From the NCBI GenBank assembly GCA_963693365.1, contig CAVNZM010000009.1, forward strand, positions 10,172,243-10,236,242: a stretch of 64,000 nt of DNA. Direction: 5' to 3'. A program made the translations under genes and the position numbers. Origin of the DNA: Amoebidium appalachense. Taxonomy: Eukaryota; Protista; Ichthyosporea. How positions within the stretch are numbered: position 1 is the stretch's first letter; the number at the start of each line of letters is the position of its first letter. The notes below the pieces were generated by a model. The model searched no databases. It was not told the origin of the DNA and was given only the letters and a program-made list of their open reading frames with translations. Below are positions 22,574-32,527 of the stretch, piece by piece.

Positions 22574-23612
22574 TGTTAAATTGTATAAGTATTTGGGATG
22601 TAAGCAGAGACACAGTGGTGCAGTGTGAAAACACCACAGACACACACAACAACAAAACACGGAACGATCGGAGCAGTGTACACAAGAGACATCAATGTTT
22701 AGACACGACTGAACTGAATTTATTCTGATCTTCGAATAAATACCTGAAATTCCTCTAAGTCCAATCCATACATGATTTCCGACCAGTCGGAAATCAGATC
22801 TATGTCTAAAATAACCAATCATAATTAACTGATTATTTCCCGGATAGATCCGGAGACGCGGGAACACACACCATAGGTCACAGCTATAAGAAAGAAAAGA
22901 GGTGAAGAGTAACGAGGAAAGAGGTGGTGTTTCTAACCTATCATCGGCTACAAAGACTCAGACATTTTCTGACTAAGTCCACTGATTGGATATAGTACGG
23001 CAACACACAAAACAAAAGTGGTTGACTAAGCTATGAATCATACCTGACAAGCTAAAGTGTAACCTAAGTGTTTTTCTACCAATCAAAACATAACGAGTAA
23101 TATAAATCTACCTAACATATATTAGTAGAAAAGAAATACGATTATACACATGAAGACAAGGAGAGAAAGAAAAGAAAATAAGGAAGGAGAAAGAGGAAGG
23201 AAAAGAGAGCACAGATCAACAAACAAGATAGTAATAGCATAACTATAACCAGAGATATTTATGTACACACGAACATGTACACGTCTCTCCCTGAGTGGGT
23301 GGATCCGTGTACACACATATAAATATTCTAATCGATATTACAATACACGATTAAAGCCGATACAACACGATTACAAGTATACAAGCATATCGGAGATCGA
23401 TGCTACACTTTACATAATAGGAGTGTGGCATTTACACTAAGCATATGAACTGAAACATAACACAAACTGAGAAGATCTTACCATATGTAAATACTACGTA
23501 TTACAACATCCCCACTTAAGACTTTGAAGTTTGTGTTATCATATCCCCACTGAACTAGTGAAATCTCCCCACTTGAGAACAGAAACGAAAAAAAATTAAA
23601 GTGTGTACTTTT

Positions 23613-23649
<37 letters not shown>

Positions 23650-26187
23650 GAAGGGGGGGGGGGGGGGGGGGGGGGGAGGGGGGGGGGGGGGGAAGGGGGG
23701 GAGGGGGGAGGGGGGGGGGGGGGGAAACAACAGCAAAGGAAGGAAAACAACCAAGGAAAAAAAAAATATGCAGGTGAAGGTATAATATATATATATACGG
23801 GAGCCAGCCGTGGAAACATTAACCTATGTGTTGTGACTCAGTGGGACTGGGAGTCGGCCAGTATTCGCAAAGGTGGCTAGCCTCAGGTGTATATGTGTTG
23901 TGCTAATCGATGAACCCTTAAAGTGGACAAAACCCCACTTAAGGCAAAAAAAAAAAAAAAATACATATGCAGAATCGTAGTAGTAGACGTTCCAACTGGG
24001 AAGCAGTGTAGAGGAAGCTGCTGTCCAGGGCCCCAGGTGTAGTAGAAGACCACACGATGATCACTGCACAAGGTCGGGCACACAGAGCCGGTCACGGTGA
24101 GTGACGTGGCTGGGACCTGGCAGAGGCTTGGTGAGGATGTCAGCCAAGTTTGTTGGCAGACTCGACGTAGTTAACCACAACATCCCCACTCAGGCTGGGG
24201 GGGGAGGATAGGGGATGGGGGGTATCGAGGACGCAAACGGTAGACAGGACAACGGGGGTCACGGCATTTGGATGCGGTGTGTCGAGGGTAGCCACACGTG
24301 GTGGGGCGACCGGTGGAGGGATTGATGACCAAGGAGGAGTAGACTTGTCGTAGTTTGGAATTCGCTGAGGGGGGCGTCGAGGGTGCTTGCTGCTCGGGGT
24401 GACTGGGAAAGGCCGAACAGGGAGGGGGGTAGGTCTTCACGGAATTTGGGTTGGGATGAGGCACGACGGAGGCAGGGTCAAGTGCAGGTAATTCCGGACG
24501 GAGGAGGTTAACTGGGGCGGATGCAGGGGCTTTGGAAACGGGGGAAGGCAGCACAGCAAGCTGGCTGGAAACGTGGATGGGAACGACTGGACCTGGCAGC
24601 ATGTCTTGCTGGCCGGGGTCGGGTGGTAATGGGGGGGAAACAGCTGCAGGGGTAACTGTTGCCCGTGCAGAGCTGGTGGTAGCTGGGATCTCGACGAGGT
24701 TGGCCACGTGATGGGGGGAAACTGCTGCCGGAATGCAGGGCAGATCAATGGAATGTGAGGGGGCCATTGACAGTGACGGCACGGTAAGGGGAGACATGGC
24801 CGAAAACAGGGTTGGAAATCCTGGAAGGAAGCAGGTTGGACACGGTAAACGGTTCTGGAGGGACTCAGGGTCGGGACTCCTAGGGAGGAGGGAAGCACAA
24901 AGGGCTTGGACGGGGTGGAACACGGTAGACTGGAAAGAAGTACCGAATTTGGATACTTCAGATGGACTTGATGGATGATGGTCAAGTCGGATCGAGACGG
25001 GGTGTCAAATTATCGTCGATTGGAACGCAGACGGGGTGTGAAATTATATTCGAATGCGGGTCGACGGGGTTCGAAATCGGATGGAATGGGATTTCGATGC
25101 AGGATCCTCAGGCCTGGGTAGACAGGGCGGCGCGGTTGAGACCACGTCGGTGAAGTGTCAAGGAACTTGGAGCGCGATTGCAGAACCAAGGGTGGAGGAC
25201 GGTTTGGCGTGACGGAGAGAAACCAGGACGGAGCTGGAAGGAGTGCAAGCTGGAATTTGAACTTGCGAGGATGTCACGGGTGTCAAGGCGTGGCAAAAGC
25301 TCTTGTCAAGATGAGTCAGATCTTGTCAAGAGGAGTCACGTGGGACCGGTTACGGACGGACGCCGGGGATGGATGTACACAGCCTCAGCACCAAGATGCA
25401 TGAGGAGCTGACCACAGCTATGATGTGTACCAGGAATTTAACGATCGCTAGGTCTAGGTGTGTGTAGGGAGCGTGCATCTGGGCCCATAACCTGTTAAAT
25501 TGTATAAGTATTTGGGATGTAAGCAGAGACACAGTGGTGCAGTGTGAAAACACCACAGACACACACAACAACAAAACACGGAACGATCGGAGCAGTGTAC
25601 ACAACAGACATCAATGTTTAGACACGACTGAACTGAATTTATTCTGATCTTCGAATAAATACCTGAAATTCCTCTAAGTCCAATCCATACATGATTTCCG
25701 ACCAGTCGGAAATCAGATCTATGTCTAAAATAACCAATCATAATTAACTGATTATTTCCCGGATAGATCCGGAGACGCGGGAACACACACCATAGGTCAC
25801 AGCTATAAGAAAGAAAAGAGGTGAAGAGTAACGAGGAAAGAGGTGGTGTTTCTAACCTATCATCGGCTACAAAGACTCAGACATTTTCTGACTAAGTCCA
25901 CTGATTGGATATAGTACGGCAACACACAAAACAAAAGTGGTTGACTAAGCTATGAATCATACCTGACAAGCTAAAGTGTAACCTAAGTGTTTTTCTACCA
26001 ATCAAAACATAACGAGTAATATAAATCTACCTAACATATATTAGTAGAAAAGAAATACGATTATACACATGAAGACAAGGAGAGAAAGAAAAGAAAATAA
26101 GGAAGGAGAAAGAGGAAGGAAAAGAGAGCACAGATCAACAAACAAGATAGTAATAGCATAACTATAACCAGAGATATTTATGTACAC
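22574..26187 (-). mobile_element. Non-autonomous Ty1/Copia LTR retrotransposon with truncated 5' LTR
   Basis: LTR 22574-23508 (TGTT...AACA) repeated at 25493-26187; PBS GGTTATGGGCCCAG (half-tRNAiMet, copia-type); PPT at 23509-23520; RNase H remnant NLADILTKPL at ~24120-24150; degenerate Zn knuckle CGYPRHTASKC. Confidence 0.9.
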
Positions 26188-26436
26188 GCGGTCAAACAGT
26201 TTATTGTAGAACTGACCCTCCCGGGCAATCAAGTTGACGAGCAGGTTGGACTTGCCGGACCCGGGCTGGCCAATGAGCAGGAAGAAGAACACGTTGTCCA
26301 TCAACGGGTAGGGCACCCTCAGCTTGGTGTCGCACGTCATTGGTATGTGCTCCACCGAGAGGGGCGCGGGTAGGGGCTTGACGGCAATGGGCGGGGGCGG
26401 GTGCATGATGGTGTCACTCTCACCCAACAGGCCCAT
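26188..26436 (-). pseudogene. A32/FtsK-like genome packaging ATPase, 3'-truncated
   Basis: FFFLLIGQPGSGKSNLLVNLI Walker A followed by YNKLFDRVY, then runs into LTR sequence. Confidence 0.8.
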
Positions 26437-26440
26437 AAAA

Positions 26441-26677
26441 TTAGTGCCTGCAGCCGTCCATTTGCACGTTGTAGACCGTGAAGTCGTCCAGGCACTTGAA
26501 GCTGCAGAGGTACATGGGCTCGTCACCCAGCCACGTCATGACGCACCCACAGTCAAAGTCGTACCCCGGCCCCTCCTCCTGGGTGGCGCACTTGAACCAG
26601 TGCCCACAGTAGTCGCACGCGTGCTGCCATGGTTCGGCGTCCGTGTCGGATGCCGCCTTGGTTGTCGGGTTGGCCAT
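26441..26677 (-). CDS. Small Cys-rich zinc-binding protein
   Basis: 78 aa: CDYC...CGC...LCSFKC (treble-clef/TRASH-like pattern). Confidence 0.5.
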   Translation of the reverse strand: MANPTTKAASDTDAEPWQHACDYCGHWFKCATQEEGPGYDFDCGCVMTWLGDEPMYLCSFKCLDDFTVYNVQMDGCRH

Positions 26678-26770
26678 GTCGGTTGCCGTGTCTGTAATAC
26701 GGCACACATTTTTTGGACGTTGGCACCGCCCAACGTCGGTAAAAAAATGTGTGCGTACTGGTAACCAACC

Positions 26771-27379
26771 ATGTCGGCCGAAGACAACCAAATCGAGCGC
26801 GTGTCTGACGGCGAAGTCCACCAACCCGTGTCCAACGGCGCCACCGGCATGGGTGTGGAGCCCATGGTGTTGGACGCCGGCCACGTGGCCAAGGCGAGAC
26901 GGCAGCCCACGGCCCGGCAGCTGGAGGCCCTGGAGAAGGGCCGGAGCACCAGGGTGGAACGCATGCGGCGAAACAAGGACTACATCCGTGAACTCGAGCA
27001 GAAGCTGCAGGTGCTGGAGACCCGCCCGCCCGGCCCCCCGCCGGCAAAAGCAGAAGCACCGGCACAACCCCCAAAAGCACCCCGGCCAAGGCAGAAGAAG
27101 GTACCACGGAAGCCCATGACGAGGGTGGCGTTCGAGGAAGGGGACAGCGATGGCGGCTATGACGACTCGGACCCGCACAGCAACCCCTACTACCAGTACT
27201 ACATGCCCCCGCCGGTACCACACCCCATGGGTGCACCGGGCGGGTACGCACCTCCACAGACACGCCACAGTGCCCCCCACACGGGCATGGGCTACGGCCC
27301 GTACCACCCTCCTGCAGCAGCAGCACCCCCTCCCCAGCGCAGCTACAGCGACCACATCGCCAGCCTCATTTCATGGTGA
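26771..27379 (+). CDS. Coiled-coil/Pro-rich viral protein
   Basis: 202-aa ATG ORF with QLEALEKGRSTRVERMRR coiled-coil segment. Confidence 0.65.
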   Translation: MSAEDNQIERVSDGEVHQPVSNGATGMGVEPMVLDAGHVAKARRQPTARQLEALEKGRSTRVERMRRNKDYIRELEQKLQVLETRPPGPPPAKAEAPAQPPKAPRPRQKKVPRKPMTRVAFEEGDSDGGYDDSDPHSNPYYQYYMPPPVPHPMGAPGGYAPPQTRHSAPHTGMGYGPYHPPAAAAPPPQRSYSDHIASLISW

Positions 27380-27435
27380 CGTAGGAAGGAAGAATTCGTG
27401 TGCCCCAACTAGGAGCAAGCTACCGGTGCACGGCC

Positions 27436-27726
27436 ATGGCTACCCCTAGGAGCACGAAAAACCTGCCGTCGGCGTACTCGTCGCCGTTTACGTTCGACGA
27501 CTACCTCGAGTTCTACATACGACACGGCACGGACAAACAGTTCGACCCGGCCGACAAGGCCGGGAAGAAGCCCGAAAACAAAATCGAAAAAAAATTCCTG
27601 AGGTTGAAGAAGAGGGTGCCGGTCGACCGGCAGGAGGAGCTGAGGAAGGTGCTGGAATACGAGGCCGAGCTCGACGCCCGCATGATGGCCCACATACAGA
27701 AGCAGGAGGGGGAGACCAACATCTAA
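27436..27726 (+). CDS. Small charged viral protein
   Basis: ATG at 27436, 96 aa, helical and Lys/Glu-rich. Confidence 0.55.
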   Translation: MATPRSTKNLPSAYSSPFTFDDYLEFYIRHGTDKQFDPADKAGKKPENKIEKKFLRLKKRVPVDRQEELRKVLEYEAELDARMMAHIQKQEGETNI

Positions 27727-27969
27727 AAATAGGACCGGCCACCGCCCGACCGACCGGCCCGGAAAGACCTCTGCAGGTAGTTGATGTTGCTGCCGGCGTA
27801 GGCAATGCCCTGGGCGGCACGACCAATGTCCATGACCGTCCGGAACCTGTCCCAGGCCTCGTTGGGGTGGACGATGACGGTGTGGCTGCGTGGTGTGGCC
27901 GTGCGGTCCGGCAGTGCCGGCCGCCAGTACTCGGAGTCGTTGACGTGCCCCACCCCCTCGAAAATCCAT
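27723..27969 (-). CDS. Small viral protein (probable 1-nt frameshift near start)
   Basis: ATG at 27969 joins ORF 27723-27953 if one homopolymer base is removed (MDFEGVGHVNDSEYW...). Confidence 0.4.
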
Positions 27970-28025
27970 GTTTGTTTGTAAGGCTCCCGTTAACCGTTGT
28001 ATGTCAAAATATAGCCACCGTGACG

Positions 28026-31000
28026 CTAGCCGAACCGTTGGGGTTTGGCCATGGGCCGGATCGCCGTGACCCCCGTGGGGCTCGGGATTCGCCGGAGGCA
28101 CAATAAAACCGTCATGTCCCCCCTCAGCCCCACCACGTCCCCGTAGCAGCTGACCAGCTTGATGCTGAGCGAGTTGATGTGCGTGCTGACGTCCAGAGGC
28201 AGCTCGACGACGGCCCCGTTGTCAAAGAGGGGGAGGGCGTACTGCGGGAAGGTGGGTATGACGGCCAGAATGTCCTTGCTCGGATAGGACGACTGGAACT
28301 TGACGTCGGCGTTGGCCACGCTCACCGACGACTCCGAATTCACCCCGTGCAGCTCAAGGAAAAAGTGGCTGGGGAATGCCGGTATGTTGGGGGCCATGAC
28401 CTCTCCCTCCGCCTTGGAGGCGGCCAGCTGGCCGTCGAGGGGCATGCCGGCCGCTGCAGCCATGACCGGGCTGTCGAACCACATGACCACCCGGTAAAAC
28501 TCGTTCGCATTGAACAGCGTGATGCGGCTGGCTACTTGGTGACACCCCACCCCCAACGTGTCCACGTCGTTCACAATCTCGTCCTTGATGGCGTCGGGTA
28601 GATTCGGGTGGTAGACTTCCTTCAAGGCGTAGTTCAACCAGGCAGCCACGAGCGTGCCCACAATGTTCTCGTCGTCTAGTTCATACGCCTCAGAGTCATC
28701 CGCGCACAGTTTTCTGGACCCACGGCCGACGTACTCCCCCCTAGGGTCCACCCCAAACTCGTGCAGGGGTATCTGCTTGAAGGTCGACAACGACGATTCC
28801 GGCACGTCCGCAGGGAGGGGCTCCAGGGGTATGCGTCTGTGCTCCATGCTGGGCCCCCACCCGCCCGGGGAGCCGGGGTCAACCGGCCGCAGGGCAATGT
28901 TGACGTAGCACTTGTCACGAGGGAAGGGGTAGTAGAAGGTGTTGGCTGACGTCATGGTGCTCACCCAACGGGCACCCAACGACGTGTTCTGCATGAACCC
29001 GATGGGCGGTGAGAGCATGGCCTGTTGGAAGTAGAGTCCGCTGTGACTAGGGTCGTCGTGGCGCGCTTGGGCGCTGACCCGTTTTTTACTGCTTTCAGTG
29101 TGTTAACTCCATGGCTGCACTCCATGACTGAACTCCATGACTGAACTCCATGACTGAACTCCATGTCTGCACCTGGCAGAGACGTGGCTTATATACCCGT
29201 GGGGCAGCAGTCTGGAATGTAATCCGGATGCCAGGCGCTAATCGGATTGGTTACTTTCATTTAGATATCTCTGGGACCAGTGAACCAATCGTTTGCAGTC
29301 AAAACACAATTGGCAACATTCCTCAACTATGCAGATGTGCATGTGGTGATCGAGTGTCAGCATGTGTCTATGTACACGGAACCAATTGTAAAGCTAACAT
29401 ACACATATAGTGGAGTGAGCGTAAGTCTGCACTCCAACACCCCTACCCAATTGGAGAAGTGTACACACCACTAGAGAAGAGAGAGTGAGTGTGGCTGCTT
29501 GCAGGGTAGACCGGGGTGTGCATTCCACTGTGGTGCGTGCCCCACCAATGAAGTGGAATACTTGACGTTGATGTCGCAGGCTGCTGCGGATGGAGTTTGT
29601 GGAAGCGAAAGTCTCTACTTCACGGAAATACGCTCGCGGGTGTAGGGTACAGCCTAGAAGTCGGTTTCTGGGCTCCTCCGTTCAAGGCGTCGTAGGGGAC
29701 GTGAAGTTAGAGGCCGCGGTGTCGTGTCTGGGCCCATAACCCTGTTGGAAGTAGAGTCCGCTGTGACTAGGCCCTCGTCGTGGCGCGCTTGGGCGCTGAC
29801 CCGTTTTTTTACTGCTTTCAGTGTGTTAACTCCATGACTGAACTCCATGTCTTTACTCCATGACTGAACTCCATTTCTGCACTCCATGACTGAACTCCAT
29901 GACTGAACTCCATGACTGAACTCCATGACTGAACTCCATGACTGAACTCCATGACTGAACTCCATGTCTGCACCTGGCAGAGACGTGGTTTATATACCCG
30001 TGGGGCAGCAGTCTGGAATGTAATCCGGATGCCAGGCGCTAATCGGATTGGTTACTTTCATTTAGAGATCTCTGGGACCAGTGAACCAATCGTTTGCAGT
30101 CAAAACACAATTGGCAACATTCCTCAACTATGCAGATGTGCATGTGGTGATCGAGTGTCAGTGTGTGTCTGTGTACACGGAACCAATTGTAAAGCTAACA
30201 TACACATATTGTGGAGTGAGCGTAAGTCTGCACTCCAACACCCCTACCCAATTGGAGAAGTGTACACACCACTAGAGAAGAGAGAGTGAGTGTGGCTACT
30301 TGCAGGGTAGACCGGGGTGTGCATTCCACTGTGGTGCTTGCCCCGCCAATGAAGTGGAATACTTGACGTTGATGTCGCAGGCTGCTGCGGATGGAGTTTG
30401 TGGAAGCGAAAGTCTCTACTTCACGGAAATACGCTCGCGGGTGTAGGGTACAGCCTAGAAGTCGGGTTCTGGCTCCTCCGTTCAAGGCGTCGTAGGGGAC
30501 GTGAAGTTAGAGGCCGCGGTGTCGTGTCTGGGCCCATAACCCTGTTGGAAGTAGAGTCCGCTGTGACTAGGGTCGTCGTGGCGCGCTTGGGCGCTGACCC
30601 GTTTTTTACTGCTTTCAGTGTGTTAACTCCATGGCTGCACTCCATGACTGAACTCCATGACTGAACTCCATGACTGAACTCCATGTCTGCACCTGGCAGA
30701 GACGTGGCTTATATACCCGTGGGGCAGCAGTCTGGAATGTAATCCGGATGCCAGGCGCTAATCGGATTGGTTACTTTCATTTAGATATCTCTGGGACCAG
30801 TGAACCAATCGTTTGCAGTCAAAACACAATTGGCAACATTCCTCAACTATGCAGATGTGCATGTGGTGATCGAGTGTCAGCATGTGTCTATGTACACGGA
30901 ACCAATTGTAAAGCTAACATACACATATAGTGGAGTGAGCGTAAGTCTGCACTCCAACATGGCCTTCATCTGCACAGGTGCAGGCTCCTGCTGGCCCTGC

Positions 31001-31053
31001 ACAAAGTCACCGACGTGCTGCATGACAACCAGGTGTGTGGGTGCGTGGTCCAT
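28026..31053 (-). pseudogene. Minor capsid protein (penton, single jelly-roll) interrupted by TRIM
   Basis: C-terminus DILAVIP...HINSLSIKLVSCYGDVVGLRGDMTVLLCLRR is typical of Polinton/PLV pentons; removing the TRIM and one TSD restores the frame MDHAP...QMKA-MLSPP. Confidence 0.75.
29023..30959 (-). mobile_element. Tandem TRIM (LTR-int-LTR-int-LTR), non-coding Copia-dependent element
   Basis: LTRs 29023-29439, 29743-30240 and 30543-30959 (TGTTGGA...TCCAACA); ~300-bp internal regions with PBS GGTTATGGGCCCAG and PPT; 5-bp TSD TGGCC. Confidence 0.93.
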
Positions 31054-31111
31054 GGTGGTGGTTGTTACGTAATGAGGTACAAAAAATCGCCGTGTAACAG
31101 TAACGTGCAAC

Positions 31112-32509
31112 ATGCCGAGCACAACCGACTGGACCGTGGCCACCGGGCTGGCCCTCGCCAACCGGCGCAGAAATGGCTACTACGTGGGGCTCCTGCCCGA
31201 CAACGCCGCCCACGACCACGACGCATACGAGCTGACGTTGCCCACCACCCGGCCGGCCACCGACTCGTACGTGGCGTGCGGTGCAGACGGCGTGCTCTCG
31301 TTTGTGGCTGCCGCCGACGTGCCCACGGACATGACGGTCAAGAACCTGGAGGCCAGGGTGGTGGCAGTGGAGGGGGTCAACACCACCCAGGACACCGACA
31401 TTGCCAGTCTCAAAACCACCACGGGAGGCCTGGACACACGGCTGGCGGCGGTGGAGACGAAAGCCACGAGTGCCCTCGACACGGCCAACGGTGCGGTGAC
31501 GGTCAACACCGCCCAGACAAACGACATTGCCGCCCTCAAGACCACCACGGGGAGCCTGGACACACGGCTGACGGCAGTGGAGAGCAAGGCCACCACCGCC
31601 CTCGGCACGGCCAACGGTGCGGTGACGGTCAACACCACACAGAACACGGACATCGCCGCCCTCAAGACCACCACGGGAGGCCTGGACACGAGGCTGACGG
31701 CCGTGGAGGTGAAGGCCACCAATGCCCTCAACACGGCCAACGGTGCAGTGACGGTCAACACGACACAGAACACGGACATTGCCAGTCTGAAGAGTAGTAG
31801 CACGACACTTGGCCTCGACGTCAACCGGCTCAACACGCTCGTCGGTCTCCACGACACGGCCGTGGCTACCCTGACCACAGACATGGGTGCCATCAAACCC
31901 CGTATGCCGCCGGCCGGCGAGGGCATGCTGCTCAGCAACACGTACGGGAGCCGGCGCACGGGCCCGGCCTACCTGACGGTGAAAGTACACCACGCGGCCG
32001 CCCAGGGGTGGAACGTTGCCGGAAAGGCTGCATGGGAGGACACGATCAGCATATACAGGTCAACGTACGATCCAGTCATTAAACCCCAGTGTATATCATC
32101 GCCGGGGGCCGAACTCATAGTGATTGTCTACTTCTGGACACTAGGGACCAACGGTGTACGCAAGTATGTCACCCACGTGGGCTCCCTACCCATCTCGTGC
32201 GTGTCCACATGGGACATAAACAACATCTACCCGTTTGCGCTAGGCTCCGGCATGTTGGAGGGGGCCATTGTTCCCACAGGGGATGACTTTCGGTTCAAGC
32301 TCAAGGTAAGGCTGACAAAGCTCTTCCAGACCGACACAGAGAGCTATGCAAGCGTTGCCGGCTACAACAACTTTGACGTGCTGGTGTTGGCAAAGTACCC
32401 ACGGTTTACCGACTACAAGGACAAGGCCAGCATTCCCCGCACCAACATAGTCACCCACCCTCCCACCTTCTATGCAGACCTTGAATGGGGAACGCAAAAT
32501 TATTTCTAA
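31112..32509 (+). CDS. Fibre-like protein with 40-aa coiled-coil stalk repeats
   Basis: Three-plus 120-bp repeats (VNTTQNTDIAALKTTTGGLDTRLTAVE.KAT.AL.TANGAVT) followed by a beta-rich head. Confidence 0.75.
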   Translation: MPSTTDWTVATGLALANRRRNGYYVGLLPDNAAHDHDAYELTLPTTRPATDSYVACGADGVLSFVAAADVPTDMTVKNLEARVVAVEGVNTTQDTDIASLKTTTGGLDTRLAAVETKATSALDTANGAVTVNTAQTNDIAALKTTTGSLDTRLTAVESKATTALGTANGAVTVNTTQNTDIAALKTTTGGLDTRLTAVEVKATNALNTANGAVTVNTTQNTDIASLKSSSTTLGLDVNRLNTLVGLHDTAVATLTTDMGAIKPRMPPAGEGMLLSNTYGSRRTGPAYLTVKVHHAAAQGWNVAGKAAWEDTISIYRSTYDPVIKPQCISSPGAELIVIVYFWTLGTNGVRKYVTHVGSLPISCVSTWDINNIYPFALGSGMLEGAIVPTGDDFRFKLKVRLTKLFQTDTESYASVAGYNNFDVLVLAKYPRFTDYKDKASIPRTNIVTHPPTFYADLEWGTQNYF

Positions 32510-32527
32510 CACACTAGTAAACCCACC

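Noticed and set aside
22574-22685. Signal-peptide-like N-terminus on the MCP ORF
   Set aside because: Derived from LTR sequence (near-identical at 25493-25604) with a non-ATG start
29105-29965. CRISPR-like array from 13-bp repeats
   Set aside because: Head-to-tail minisatellite without spacers, inside LTRs; no cas genes
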